Source of the DNA: Octopus vulgaris
Lineage: Eukaryota
Direction of reading: 5' to 3'
Length of the DNA: 64,000 nt
Assembly: GCA_951406725.2 (NCBI GenBank)
Contig: OX597835.1
Coordinates: forward strand, 47,492,001 to 47,556,000
In this document: positions 1-14,027 of the stretch, in pieces
How the letters are laid out: each line of letters begins with the position of its first letter
How positions within the stretch are numbered: the stretch's first letter is position 1
The notes under the pieces: model-generated
Told to the model about the DNA's origin: nothing
What the model saw: the letters and a program-made list of their open reading frames with translations, nothing else
The model's database searches: none
Made by a program: the position numbers and the translations under genes

Positions 1-107
1 ATCTTGGCCATAACAAGATGATGGGAGTTCTAAACCAGAACTCGGCGCCTATAATTAATATTTCAGACACCTCTGCAGGAATTCATCTCATTCTCCTTCT
101 TGTTACC

Positions 108-279
<172 letters not shown>

Positions 280-480
280 CAGCTGTAGTTAATGTCGATG
301 CTATTGTTGTTTATGTTGTTGTTGTAATCGTAAATACATGTTTGCACATCTGTTTAGTATTCTTCGGTTGGCTAGGATGTGTGTGTGTGTGTGTGTGTGT
401 TTGTGTGCGTGTAGATATATATGTGTGTGTGTGTGTGTTTGCATACGTATGTGTGACTGTGCGTGAATGTGGCCATATAT

Positions 481-539
<59 letters not shown>

Positions 540-880
540 ATATATATACATTTATATGCATACACACATATATATATACGTATATGTATATCTATCTATC
601 CACATATATATATATATATATATATATGGATAGATAGACAGATAGCTAGGTAGATAGATATACATAAACGTATATACATGTATGTAAATATATATGTATG
701 TATATATGCATAAATACATACATACATACATACATACATACATACACACATAGGCGCGCGCAAGCACACACACACACACTTCGGAGAGTCATTCAGCTGA
801 TAAGTGTGTAGGCGAGTGTGTACAAGTGCGCGCATGCGTATGAGCGAATAGGTTGTGTGTGTGTGTGTGTATGTGTGTGT

Positions 881-919
<39 letters not shown>

Positions 920-1279
920 AGTGTAGGCGTGCGTAGAATCGGTAGCTGAAGCAAGAAAAATGCAGCATTGTGAAACACACGCACACAAACACACTCATAT
1001 ACACACACAAGCACATACACACACATACACACAGTCGTGAACATTCCTACATATTGATACAGCACTGTTCACACATATAGTCACAGTCACACATTCAGAC
1101 ACAAGTATACAATCATACACACACACACACGCACACGTATACATACTCACACAGACAGATACACGCATACTTTAATACAGCAGGCAAACCCGCACACAGT
1201 CATACACACACACACACATGCAAACGCATTAATATTATCAATATGCGCGCGCACACACACACACACACGTACTCACACG

Positions 1280-1319
<40 letters not shown>

Positions 1320-2139
1320 CACACACGTACTCATACACACACTCACGGGTTGTCAAACGTTTATTGAGAGGTGCAAGTGCGAGCACGTGCCTTATTCCAA
1401 GCGAAAAAAGTATGAAAAAAATATCAAAAGCGATAAAAAAGAAAACCCCTAATGCTCCCCAAAGGGGTCTAAATTCAACAAAGGGATATAAGGAGTAGAG
1501 ATGGGTGGGCTGCCGAGGGTACCTGAGAACCTTTAGTTATCTGGCCAACCCAAATATAAAGTCTACCCTGGGACCGAAATCAAAGCAAACCCGAAAAGAA
1601 CGCAACCAACCAGCCAACCAGCCAACTCTCCACCATACCCTGACACAATCACTCACCCCAATCTCACTCACTCACACCTTTCACAACACGCCCCGTCACC
1701 ACCACCACCACCATAACCATAACCATAGCCACCACCACCGATAACATCCTCTGTCTACCCATAATGTCAATCATGACCCATCTCAAGCAACCTTCTACCC
1801 TCTGACCCCACCCTCCAATATACAAATAATATTAAAAACAAAGAAATAAGAAAGAAAATTTTCACAGAAAAAATAAAAAAAAACACTCATCAATGAACAA
1901 AAACAACAGAAAATTAAATTTTAAAATATTAAAAATTGCTTCAGTTATTGTTGTTGTTGTTATACTTTTAGTTCTAACTCAATACTCATCCCAACCGTGG
2001 CCATCATACTTCATTGTAGAAAAACCAGGACCTCATACATCGTCAAATCCAGGGTGAAATATATGGGACACGGAAACCAGAAAACAGCCCCTTTGTGCCT
2101 GTATGACTTAGAAAAGGTCTTTATCTTTTATATAAATGT

Positions 2140-2302
2140 ATAAAGGAAAAGTGCATTAAATACTAAAAAAACGTGCCCGTAGGACAGACACGGAAATACC
2201 CTAATTCTTCTCCATTTCGGCTGATAACTGAAAAAGAATTAGGGTCCCTCTATGTCTGTCCTACGGGCACGTTTTTTAGTATTTAAGGCACTTTTCCTTT
2301 AT
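2140..2302. repeat. Long imperfect palindrome (fold-back)
   Basis: ATAAAGGAAAAGTGCATTAAATACTAAAAAAACGTGCCCGTAGGACAGACA pairs with TGTCTGTCCTACGGGCACGTTTTTTAGTATTTAAGGCACTTTTCCTTTAT; inner stem ACCCTAATTCTT/AAGAATTAGGGT. Confidence 0.93.
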
Positions 2303-2469
2303 TGAATAACTGAACGCCACGCATCCCGATTTTTGTTAACAGTAAGTTTATGTATGTATCAAGCGTCGAAACCCTAATGATATCCGTGGGGCAGCTGACG
2401 ATGGAGGTATGTTGGATTGTTAGTATAGCTGTTTGTGTATATGTGGAATAGTATTATAACACATCCTTT

Positions 2470-2528
<59 letters not shown>

Positions 2529-2564
2529 TATTATTTATAGATATATATGTATACACACACACAT

Positions 2565-2632
<68 letters not shown>

Positions 2633-2637
2633 ATATT

Positions 2638-3016
2638 GGCGCAGGAGTGGCTGTGGTGTAAGAAACTCGTTTCCTAACCACATAGTCCTGGGTTCAGTCC
2701 CACTGCGTGGCACCTTGGGCAAGTATCTTCTACTATGGCCTTGGGCCGACCAAAGCATTGTGGGTGGATTTGGTCGACGGAAGCTGAAAGAAAACCAGTG
2801 ATATATGTATGTATGCATTTGTCTGCTTGTGTTCGTCCCCCATAATCGCTTGACAATTGATGTTGGTGTGTTTACATCCTCTGTAATCTAGCGGTTCCAC
2901 AAAAGATAGCGATAGAATAAGTACCAGCTTACAAAGAATAGGTCCTGGGGTCGATTTGTTCTACTAAAGGCGGTGCTCCAGCATGACCGCAGTCAAATGA
3001 CAGAAGCAAGTAAAAG
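2638..3016 (+). mobile_element. tRNA-derived CORE-type SINE (family 1)
   Basis: Head GGCGCAGGAGTGGCTGT, B-box-like GGTTCAGTCCC, CORE-like ACCTTGGGCAAGT, tail GGCGGTGCTCCAGCATG..CAGTCAAATGAC; many paralogues in the window. Confidence 0.9.
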
Positions 3017-3109
3017 CATATGTACACACATATATATATATATATGATATCCATTGATTTTTATGGTAATCTCTATGTACATGTGTGCGTAAGTGCGAGT
3101 GCGTGCGTG

Positions 3110-3168
<59 letters not shown>

Positions 3169-3180
3169 TATATATATGCT

Positions 3181-3384
3181 TGTGTTTGTGCCTGTCCCCC
3201 ACCGCAGCTTGACAATCGGTGCTGGTTTCTTCTATACGTTGCCGTAACGTAGCACTTCAGCAAAAGAGAATGATAAAATAAATCCCAAACTCAATAATTA
3301 GGTATTGGGGGCGATTTATTCGACTACAAACCTTTATGGCGGTGCTCCAGCGTGGCGGCAGTCCAATAACTGAAACAAGTAAAG
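3181..3384 (+). mobile_element. SINE family 1, 3' half
   Basis: Matches 2820-3016, including the GGCGGTGCTCCAGC tail. Confidence 0.85.
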
Positions 3385-3469
3385 CAAAAAATTAAACATT
3401 TATTTATTTATTCGCTGTGAGGATGGTAAGCCGGAAGTACAGTAATTGTGGCCAATGTTTTAAGATGGC

Positions 3470-3535
3470 AGGCTGTAATTTGAAGGACATTCGGCTGCTA
3501 AGTTTTGCAGGTCGAGTGTCTATCTGGAAGCTTCG
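3470..3535 (-). mobile_element. Family 4 element head (putative HDV-like ribozyme), degenerate
   Basis: Minus strand GCTTCCAGATAGACACTCGACCTGCAAAACTTAGCAGCCGAATGTCC, similar to 25790-25866. Confidence 0.6.
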
Positions 3536-3565
3536 GAAAGAATGAAGAATTTTTGATCTGCTTAA

Positions 3566-3763
3566 GGCGGCGCGCTGGCAGAATGGTTAGCCGCATTTCG
3601 TGCCTCTTTACGTTCTGAGTTCAAATTCCACCGAGGTTGACTTTGCCTTTCATTCCCTTTAGGGGTCGATAAAGTAAATACCAGTTCAACAGTAGGATCG
3701 ATGGCACTGACTTATCCTTTCTCTCGAAATCGCTGGTCTTCTGCTATAGTTTGAAATCAATAT
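3566..3763 (+). mobile_element. tRNA-derived SINE family 2 (Meta-domain-like)
   Basis: GGCGGCG.GCTGGCAGAA head, GAGTTCAAATTCC B-box, GACTTTGCCTTTCATCC..GGGGTCGATAAA central domain. Confidence 0.88.
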
Positions 3764-3774
3764 TTTACAGAGTA

Positions 3775-4050
3775 TCTTCTTCTTCTTCTTCTTCTTCTTC
3801 TTCTTCTTCTTCTTCTTCTTCTTCTTCTTCGTCTTCTTCTTCTTCTTCTTCTTCTTCTTCGTCTTCTTCTTCTTCTTCTTCTTCTTCTTCTTCTTCTTCT
3901 TCTTCCTTCTTCTTCTTCTTCTTCTTCGTCTCCTTCTTCTTCTTCTTCTTCTTCTTCTTCTTCGTCTCCTTCTTCTTCTTCTTCTTCTTCTTCTTCTTCG
4001 TCTTCTTCTTCGTTTTCTTCTTCTTCTTCTTCTTCTTCTTCTTCTTCTTC

Positions 4051-4086
<36 letters not shown>

Positions 4087-4294
4087 CCACCACCACTACT
4101 TCTATTATGATCACTACAACCACTATCCTCTCCACCACCACCGCCGATACCGCCGCCGCCGCCGCCACCACCACCACCACCACCACACCACCACCACCAC
4201 CGCAATAGCACCATCACCATTATCACCCCAGCTGTTACTACCACCGCTGACACCACAGGCACTGCTTCCTATGATCACGACGACGACAACGACT

Positions 4295-4325
<31 letters not shown>
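3775..4325. repeat. Compound (TCT)n/(CAT)n/(CAC)n/(GAT)n microsatellite
   Basis: Direct reading. Confidence 0.95.
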
Positions 4326-4327
<2 letters not shown>

Positions 4328-4837
4328 TCGACAATGACGACGGAGTCCACCCCCCCCCCGCCAACAACAAAACAACAACAATAACAGTAACAGTATCAAC
4401 AACGACAACGACCATTACAAGCATCAATAACGAAAACTGTGAAAATAACTGTACAACCCCCCCGCACCACCAGCACCACCACCTTCCCCCACCACAATAA
4501 CAACAACAACGACTGCGACAACAGCTACAACAACAACAACAACACAAACAAGCAGAAAAAAAACATTGTAACAAAAGCCTGTGTAAGTTGAAACTCTTAA
4601 ATTAGAAATATGTAAGAAAGAAATTTACGACAGACATGTTTAAATTTGATAAATGTTTGACAAAAGTCTTAAATTTTTGACGTGGTTTTGCTTCATCATA
4701 CCCGTTTCTTAGGCAGGGTGCATGTTTTCAGGGTTTGGTTTAAACGCCCAGAATATTGAATTGCCTATTCTACACAGTGACACCAAGTTTATGTGTATGT
4801 TTATATCCATGCATGTACGCAGGAAAGAGTGGATGTA

Positions 4838-5013
<176 letters not shown>

Positions 5014-5029
5014 AGTATATGTATTTATA

Positions 5030-5081
<52 letters not shown>

Positions 5082-5294
5082 CATGTATACACATATCCAT
5101 ATATATATACATATATACATACATACATATATATACACACACATACGCATATATATATATGTATATATATATGTGTGTATATGTATACATATGCATATCA
5201 ATTCACATACTTATGTATATGATTATATGTATGTGCGTGCGTGTGCATCTGTGTGTAAATGTGGATGTATACAATAATACATGTACATATGTAT

Positions 5295-5339
<45 letters not shown>

Positions 5340-5387
5340 CACACACGTGTATATTCATGCATTTATTTATTGCTGGATACATGCATG

Positions 5388-5422
<35 letters not shown>

Positions 5423-6019
5423 CGGTGTACGCATACATAAACATACTTATACATACATATATACATACCCCAATACATACACCCAGTAAAATGTGTGGTG
5501 CGTCTGTGTGCTTGCGTGTGTGTGTCCGTGTGTGTTTGAATGTGCGCGCATGTGTATTTTAGTTGCGTGTGTATGATCGTAAATGGAAAATATACTTAGT
5601 GAAACGGAAGTAATTATCAATGACAACAGATATTTCAAAAATGGCAACAAATAAATAAAATGTAAACAAATAAAGACGTGAGAAATTTGAAAAAACAAAA
5701 AAGAACAAAAGAAAAAAAAAAGACACAACAACCCGAAACAAGTAAAAACAAAACAAAAAAAAAAAGACACAGTCAGTGTGACGTGGCCAAAAAACAAACA
5801 TTGGTTAGGAAAGAATTCTCATCTGCAACAAACATGGCGTCCAGCTGGATGGTTGGATCATGTGGTCAGATCCGGCATTCTAAAGATGCATATCCGGTTT
5901 CGATTACGCGTTAAAGATGTTTCGCTTTACTTACGTTAACGTAATTTGTCTTTGCGTTAAACATAAATGTCAAATGTCGAAAATAAGAAAAAGGAAAAGT
6001 CACAAAACAAGTTTCTCTA

Positions 6020-6464
6020 ATGTATGTATGTATGTATGTATTTATATGTATGTATGTATGTATGTATGTATGCATGTATGTATGTATGTATGTATGTATG
6101 TATGTATGTATGTATGTATGTATGTATGTATGTATGTATGTATGTATGCATGTATGTATGTATGTATGCATGTACGTATGTATGTATGTATGTATGTATG
6201 TATGTATGTATGTATGTATGTATGTATGTATGTATGTATGTATGTATGTATGTATGTATGTATGTACGTATGTATGTATGTATGTATGTATGTATGTATG
6301 TATGTATGTATGTATGTATGTATGCATGTACGTATGTATGTATGTATGTATGTATGTATGTATGTATGTATGTATGTATGTATGTATGTATGTATGTATG
6401 TATGTATGTATGTATGTATGTATGTATGTATGTATGTATGTATGTATGTATGTATGTATGTATG

Positions 6465-6496
<32 letters not shown>

Positions 6497-7634
6497 TGTA
6501 TGTATGTATGTATGTATGTATGTATGTATGTATGTATGTATGTATGTATGTATGTATGTATGTATGTATGTATGTATGTATGTATGTATGTATGTATGTA
6601 TGTATGTATGTATGTATGTATGTATGTATGTATGTATGTATGTATGTATGTATGTATGTATGTATGTATGTATGTATGTATGTATGTATGTATGTATGTA
6701 TGTATGTATGTATGTATGTATGTATGTATGTATGTATGTATGTATGTATGTATGTATGTATGTATGTATGTATGTATGTATGTATGTATGTATGTATGTA
6801 TGTATGTATGTATGTATGTATGTATGTATGTATGTATGTATGTATGTATGTATGTATGTATGTATGTATGTATGTATGTATGTATGTATGTATGTATGTA
6901 TGTATGTATGTATGTATGTATGTATGTATGTATGTATGTATGTATGTATGTATGTATGTATGTATGTATGTATGTATGTATGTATGTATGTATGTATGTA
7001 TGTATGTATGTATGTATGTATGTATGTATGTATGTATGTATGTATGTATGTATGTATGTATGTATGTATGTATGTATGTATGTATGTATGTATGTATGTA
7101 TGTATGTATGTATGTATGTATGTATGTATGTATGTATGTATGTATGTATGTATGTATGTATGTATGTATGTATGTATGTATGTATGTATGTATGTATGTA
7201 TGTATGTATGTATGTATGTATGTATGTATGTATGTATGTATGTATGTATGTATGTATGTATGTATGTATGTATGTATGTATGTATGTATGTATGTATGTA
7301 TGTATGTATGTATGTATGTATGTATGTATGTATGTATGTATGTATGTATGTATGTATGTATGTATGTATGTATGTATGTATGTATGTATGTATGTATGTA
7401 TGTATGTATGTATGTATGTATGTATGTATGTATGTATGTATGTATGTATGTATGTATGTATGCATGTACGTATGTATGTATGCATGTATGTATGTATGTA
7501 TGTATGTATGTATGTATGTATGTATGTATGTATGTATGTATGTATGTATGTATGTATGTATGCATGTATGTATGTATGTATGCATGTATGTATGTATGTA
7601 TGTATGTATGTATGTATGTATGTATGTATGTATG

Positions 7635-7666
<32 letters not shown>

Positions 7667-7790
7667 TGTATGTATGTATGTATGTATGTATGTATGTATG
7701 TATGTATGTATGTATGTATATGTACGTATGTATGTATGTATGTATGTATGTATGTATGTATGTATGTATGTATGTATGTATGTATGTATT

Positions 7791-7822
<32 letters not shown>

Positions 7823-8052
7823 TGTATGTATGTATGTATGTATGTATGTATGTATGTATGTATGTATGTATGTATGTATGTATGTATGCATGCATGTATG
7901 TATGTATGTATGTATGTATGTATGTATGTATGTATGTATGTATGTATGTATGTATGTATGTATGTATGTATGTATGTATGTATGTATGTATGTATGTATG
8001 TATGTATGTATGTATGTATGTATGTATGTATGTATGTATGTATGTATGTATG

Positions 8053-8084
<32 letters not shown>

Positions 8085-8122
8085 TGTATGTATGCATGCA
8101 TGTATGTATGTATGTATGTATG

Positions 8123-8154
<32 letters not shown>

Positions 8155-8516
8155 TGTATGTATGTATGTATGCATGTATGTATGTATGTATGTATGTATG
8201 TATGTATGTATGTATGTATGTATGTATGCATGCATGTATGTATGTATGTATGCATGTATGTATGTATGTATGTATGTATGTATGTATGTATGCATGTATG
8301 TATGTATGTATGTATGTATGTATGTATGTATGTATGTATGTATGTATGTATGTATGTATGTATGTATGTATGTATGTATGTATGTATGTATGTATGTATG
8401 TATGTATGTATGTATGTATTTATATGTATGTATGCATGTATGTATGTATGTATGTATGTATGTATGTTTGTATGCATGTATGTATGTATTTATATGTATG
8501 TATGCATGTATGTATG

Positions 8517-8550
<34 letters not shown>

Positions 8551-8560
8551 TGTATGTATG

Positions 8561-8592
<32 letters not shown>

Positions 8593-8612
8593 CATGCATG
8601 TATGTATGTATT

Positions 8613-8644
<32 letters not shown>

Positions 8645-9210
8645 TGTATGTATGTATGTATGTATGTATGTATGTATGTATGTATGTATGTATGTATGTA
8701 TGTATGTATGTATGTATGTATGTATGTATGTATGTATGTATGTATGTATGTATGTATGTATGTATGCATGTATGTATGTATGTATGTATGTATGTATGTA
8801 TGTATGTATGTATGCATGCATGTATGTATGTATGTATGTATGTATGTATGTATGTATGTATGTATGTATGTATGTATGCATGCATGTATGTATGTATTTA
8901 TATGTATGTATGTATGCATGCATGTATGTATGTATTTATATGTATGTATGTATGCATGCATGTATGTATGTATGTATGTATGTATGTATGTATGTATGTA
9001 TGTATGTATGTATGTTTGTATGTATGTATGTATGTATGCATGTATGTATGTATGTATGTATGCATGCATGCATGTATGTATGTATGTATGCATGTATGTA
9101 TGTATGTATGTATGCATGTATGTATGTATGTATTTATATGTATGTATGTATGTATGCATGCATGTATGTATGTATTCATATGTATGTATGTAGGTATGTA
9201 TGTACGTATG
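6020..9210. repeat. ~3.2 kb (TATG)n tetranucleotide array
   Basis: Direct reading; source of the >1000 aa MYVC/HTYI ORFs. Confidence 0.98.
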
Positions 9211-9428
9211 TACGTGTATATATATTCAATCATAGGTTAAATTAGCTTCATTAAGGGATAGTAATATCCAATGAATTACTGATTAATTACCTAATATTTT
9301 TTCCGAATAATAATAATGGAGATATTGCATTTAAATTGTAGAGTCAATACCCAGAAGGTATTGCTATGGATTGGATTTTTGCCGACAATAAATTTTTATT
9401 ATATCCTATATCTCCTTTTCCTTAATAT

Positions 9429-9477
<49 letters not shown>

Positions 9478-9480
<3 letters not shown>

Positions 9481-9628
9481 TATAGTTCTGAAAATTATAT
9501 TTTGCTATGACGATCACACTGAGGACTTGCGGACATCTACGTAAGTGATAACAACGAAACTGGTTTGTGATTAATCTGTATATTTTGTATATTTTCATTT
9601 GTCTTGCTCGCTTACGTTCTGGCAAAGC
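9478..9628 (+). mobile_element. Hammerhead-bearing element family A, copy 1
   Basis: Starts right after (TA)n; homologous to the reverse complement of 46979-47140 (TTTTCATTTGTCTTGCTCGCTTACGTT shared). Confidence 0.75.
9513..9571 (+). ncRNA. Putative minimal type-I hammerhead ribozyme (family A)
   Basis: Stem I ATCACA/TGTGAT, core CTGAGGA...GAAAC, short stem III, GTT cleavage triplet; stem II irregular. Confidence 0.6.
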
Positions 9629-10004
9629 AAATTAAATAAAATTTGGGATGTTTTGCAGAGGGTGAAAGTGGTAACAAAAACAGGACAGTGAGAACAAGAC
9701 AGTAAAAACAAACGGTGATGGCTGTGAAGCCAAGACGATGTGAATTGGTGAACGGTGGAAAACCGAGCTTCGAGAAGAGACAGGTAAAAGCACGTCTTTT
9801 CTTTAGTAAGCAAGTGGAAGAAATAAAGAAGTGCAACAGAAAGATCGTCTGGCGTACGTCGAGGAAATGCATTGTTAACATTTCTCGTCAGGATTCTAAG
9901 GGGTTTTTATTGCGTATAAATCTGCAAACAAGAAGATTTATACTCAGTGAAAAGAAGACAATCCAGGAGATATTCAACCATAAAACTTTCTGATTAAGAT
10001 TTAT

Positions 10005-10038
10005 ATGATGATGATGATGGTGATGGTGGTAGTGGTGG

Positions 10039-10092
<54 letters not shown>

Positions 10093-10583
10093 GGGTGATG
10101 ATGTTGATGATGATGATGATGTTGATGGTGGTGGTGGTGGTGATGATGTTGATGATGACGACGACGATGATGATAATGATGACAATGAAAATGATAACAA
10201 TGACGATGGTGATGACAATGAAGATGATAACGATGACGATGATGATGATGATGATGACGATGATGAGGACGATGATGACGATGATGACGATGATGATGGT
10301 GATAATGATGACGATGTTGATGATGATGATAATGATGACGACGACGACGATGATGATAATGATGACAATGAAGATGATAACAATGACGACGATGACGATG
10401 GTGATGACAATGAAGATGATAACAATGACGACGATGACGATGGTGATGACAATGAAGATGATAACAATGACGACGATGACGATGGTGATGACAATGAAGA
10501 TGATAACAATGACGATGATGATGATGATGATGACGATGATGAGGATGATGATGGTGATGATGATAGTGATGGCGATAATGATG
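10005..10583. repeat. (GAT)n-based compound repeat with internal 42-bp tandem unit
   Basis: GATGACAATGAAGATGATAACAATGACGACGATGACGATGGT repeated at 10361, 10403 and 10445, partial at 10487. Confidence 0.93.
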
Positions 10584-10690
10584 CACTTAACACTTCTTTC
10601 GCTAGAATTGCATGTAAAATGGAATTTGTTAACATGGTTAAGTTTCAGACACACACAAAAAAAGAAGTATGAAAGAGTTGTATTATTATA

Positions 10691-10851
10691 GGCGCAGGTG
10701 TGGCTGCGGTAAGAAGCTTGTTTACCAGTCACATGGTTCCGGGTTCAGTCCCACAGCGTGGCATCTTGGGCAAGTGTCGCCTACTATAGTCACGGGCCGA
10801 CCAAAGACTTGTGAGTGGATATGGCAGACGGAAACTGAAAAGAAGCCCATC

Positions 10852-10901
<50 letters not shown>

Positions 10902-11100
10902 ATGAGTGTTTGTCCTCCATCATCGCTTGCCAACCGATGTTGACGTGCTTACGCCTCCGTAACTTAGCGGTTCGGCAAAGGAAATTGATAGAATAAGTAC
11001 TATACTTACAAAGAATTAGTCCTGGGTCGATTTGTTCGGCTAAAGGTGGTGCTCCAGCATGGCCGCAGTCAAATGACTGAAACAAGTAAAAGAACAAAAG
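10691..11100 (+). mobile_element. SINE family 1, full length with internal TA/TG microsatellite
   Basis: Head, CORE-like segment and tail as at 2638. Confidence 0.92.
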
Positions 11101-11910
11101 AACAAGTACTTCTTTTCCCGAGGAGAAAAGAGAGAAAGAAGGTAAGACATCAATTTTTATTAAAGAAAGAATAAAACAGGTTTTTTTTTTCTCTCTTGGT
11201 ATAGGAGGACATATGACAAGGCAAGAAGGCAGAGCAGAGGTCGTGCTTTTTCACTCCTGTCCAAATGATATTTCCATATTACACAGACAGGCAAATACAA
11301 GTTTCACGATCAGAGACATTACTGCTAACAAAGGCTTTGGATCAATTTCACCTCCGTAGACTATTGCGGGCAAGTAATGAGCACAGAGGTGACTCGTAAC
11401 AACACAAGGTCGATTGAGATCTGCTTGGCCGTCCGACTCTGTTGACCATTGGATACTAAAATGCTGTTCTTGACCTACATTCTAGCGCAGAGAGGAAGTC
11501 GATCGGACAAGTTGTGTAAGGAAGGAGGTCCAATTGTTACACGTCTTGTAGTAAACTCTTTCTGCCTAGAGAAAGAGGTGGTTGGTGGTGAAGAAAACAC
11601 AATTGACAGGGGTAACTGTAGACAATGGCAGAAGCGAGGGCAACGGTAGGCTCTCGAGGCGAAAATGACAAGAAACAAACACTACAGCTGCTTCAGCTGC
11701 CGCTGCCACTGCTTTCACGGCGCCAAAGTAGCAAGTCCAGGGCTACGGTCTTAAACCTCAACGTCACTGGAACCAGATGTCAATGAGGTTGCTCACCGAG
11801 AAACCGAGGGCTCTCTCCTTGAAGCTCAAGGAGCATTATTGCCCCCATCATATTGGTGACAGATTGTTTTTAAAAATTACACCTCACACCAACGATATAT
11901 TTACAGTAAA

Positions 11911-12144
11911 GGCGGCGAGCTGGCAGAGTCGTTAGCACGCCCGGGGGAAATGCTGAGCGGCATTTTGTCTATCTTTCCGTCTTGAGTTCACATTCCGCCG
12001 AGGTCGACTTTGCCTTTCATCCTTTCGGGGTCGATAAATTAAGTACCAGTTGCGTACTGGGGTCGATCTAATCGACTGGCTCCCCTCTTCCAAAATTTAA
12101 GGCCTTGTGCCTAGAGTAGAAAATATATATAAAAAAAAACCGAA
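11911..12144 (+). mobile_element. SINE family 2 with probable TSD
   Basis: Full head and central domain; flanked by GATATATTTACAGTAAA / GATATATCTACAGTAAA. Confidence 0.92.
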
Positions 12145-12680
12145 GATATATCTACAGTAAAGGGACGGCAGCCACAAGATGGGAGATCCTTTACAACATT
12201 GATAAGATCGATAATGTTCACGATAAAATTCAGGGGCCCTTGTGATCGGGAGCTGATTAGAGTAGAAAGTAGTCCTTAGGGAGTTTTGGGGTACCTTGAT
12301 CTACCCTAAGTAGATCTTGTCACCCTTACATTACTTTGAAGTTTTGCACACACACATATACGCACATCCGAAAACATTTTGTGATCGTTTTGTACGGTTT
12401 CTTTTGTATTATATGTAGAAGCCCTTGTGGCTAATAAAGCAAGACTTGTTATTATTAATATTGGCTGATGTTATTTGGTTATATAAATATAAATCCCAAG
12501 CACAGCTATAAATCCACACTTACACACATATATCAACCTATATGTGTGCATGTATATATTTATATATATGTATATATATATATATATATATACATTTATA
12601 TATGCATATACATACGTACATACATACACAACACACACATATATATGTACATGCATATACATACATATACACATATATAT

Positions 12681-12741
<61 letters not shown>

Positions 12742-12926
12742 GAATGTATGTATGTATGTATACGCTTCCATACGCGTGCATACTTATACTTGGACACTTC
12801 GACTCACGCATATATGCGCATTCAATATACAACCCAAAACAATCATCGTCATTGTCAGCGTCTTCACCACCACCACCACTGATATCGCTACCGCTGCCAC
12901 CACCCCACCAACACTACCACATCCAT

Positions 12927-12967
<41 letters not shown>

Positions 12968-13521
12968 GCAGTAGCAGCAGCAGCAGCATAGCTCCACCAC
13001 CAATAATAACAGCAATAACATTGTATTAAATTCGCAACGGAATCTATTGTTTAGATTAGTTAAAACGTCGAGTATTATTATCGCCCATGAAACTCCAAGT
13101 GAAACTTTAGTACACACAACGAACAAAACTTCGAAATTTTTTAGGTTATTTATTGTTGACATTTTTGGTTCTTTTTGGATAAAAGTTTTAGTTTTGAAGT
13201 CTGTGGAAATGATAACGTTGGAATATTTATGAGAAAATAGTCTTTGATAGTAGATTTAGTTCATCGTTCCGTTTATAATACACCATTGCTAAAAAAAAAA
13301 CCAAAGAAAAAGAAACAAAAATGCTTTTCGAATACAGACGACACAACTTTCCACCAACCAACCAGCCAGCCAGCCAGCCAACCAATCACAAAATGTCGGT
13401 TCGGTCAGTTGTTCGACCGTCTGTGTGTCTTAGATTATTTGTATTTGTTTGCATTGGTTTATTTGTTTGTTAGTTATCTGTTGATTTTCTGCTTTTCGTG
13501 TTTTTCTACACCTTAGCTTTT

Positions 13522-13604
<83 letters not shown>

Positions 13605-13842
13605 GTCTGTCTGTCTATCTGTCTGTCTGTCTGTCTATCTTCCAATCTATCCATCCATCCAATTATCCCCCACCCATCCATCTCTCTATCTGTCTTTTCC
13701 TACCTTCCTACCTACCCATCTACCTACCTACTGACTTACCTACCTACCATGTGGTCGAATATTCTGCAAACACGTGTAACTCCACGCAAGTTGACACAGT
13801 GTGACAAGGTTGTACCTTTTGAATCAGCGCAACAATTGACCC

Positions 13843-13992
13843 GACGGGCTTCTATACAGTTTCCGTCTACCCAATTTCATTTAGAACGAATGTGTTGGCC
13901 TGAGGCAATGACAATTTGCGGAAGATGCCGCACCAGGGAAGTGAACCTAAGACTTCTTGGTAGCGAAGTAATTCCTTAACCATTCAGCCACA
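13843..13992 (-). mobile_element. SINE family 1, degenerate 5' half
   Basis: CAGTTTCCGTCTACC...CCTTAACCATTCAGCCA is the reverse complement of the family 1 head and core. Confidence 0.75.
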
Positions 13993-14027
13993 TACAGCCT
14001 GCAACGAAGGATAAAATCAGAAAAATA

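Noticed and set aside
2360-2410. CGAAAC and CTGACGA near each other
   Set aside because: No consistent flanking stems found
2638-2705. tRNA-like sequences
   Set aside because: SINE heads with no complete cloverleaf; not tRNA genes
5911-9245. >1000 aa ORFs on both strands
   Set aside because: Translations of (TATG)n, which lacks stop codons; not genes
9888-10732. His-, Ser-, Met- and Ile-rich ORFs
   Set aside because: Trinucleotide repeat open in most frames; no domain or splice support
11150-11850. Possible LINE ORF1 relic
   Set aside because: No diagnostic motif could be established
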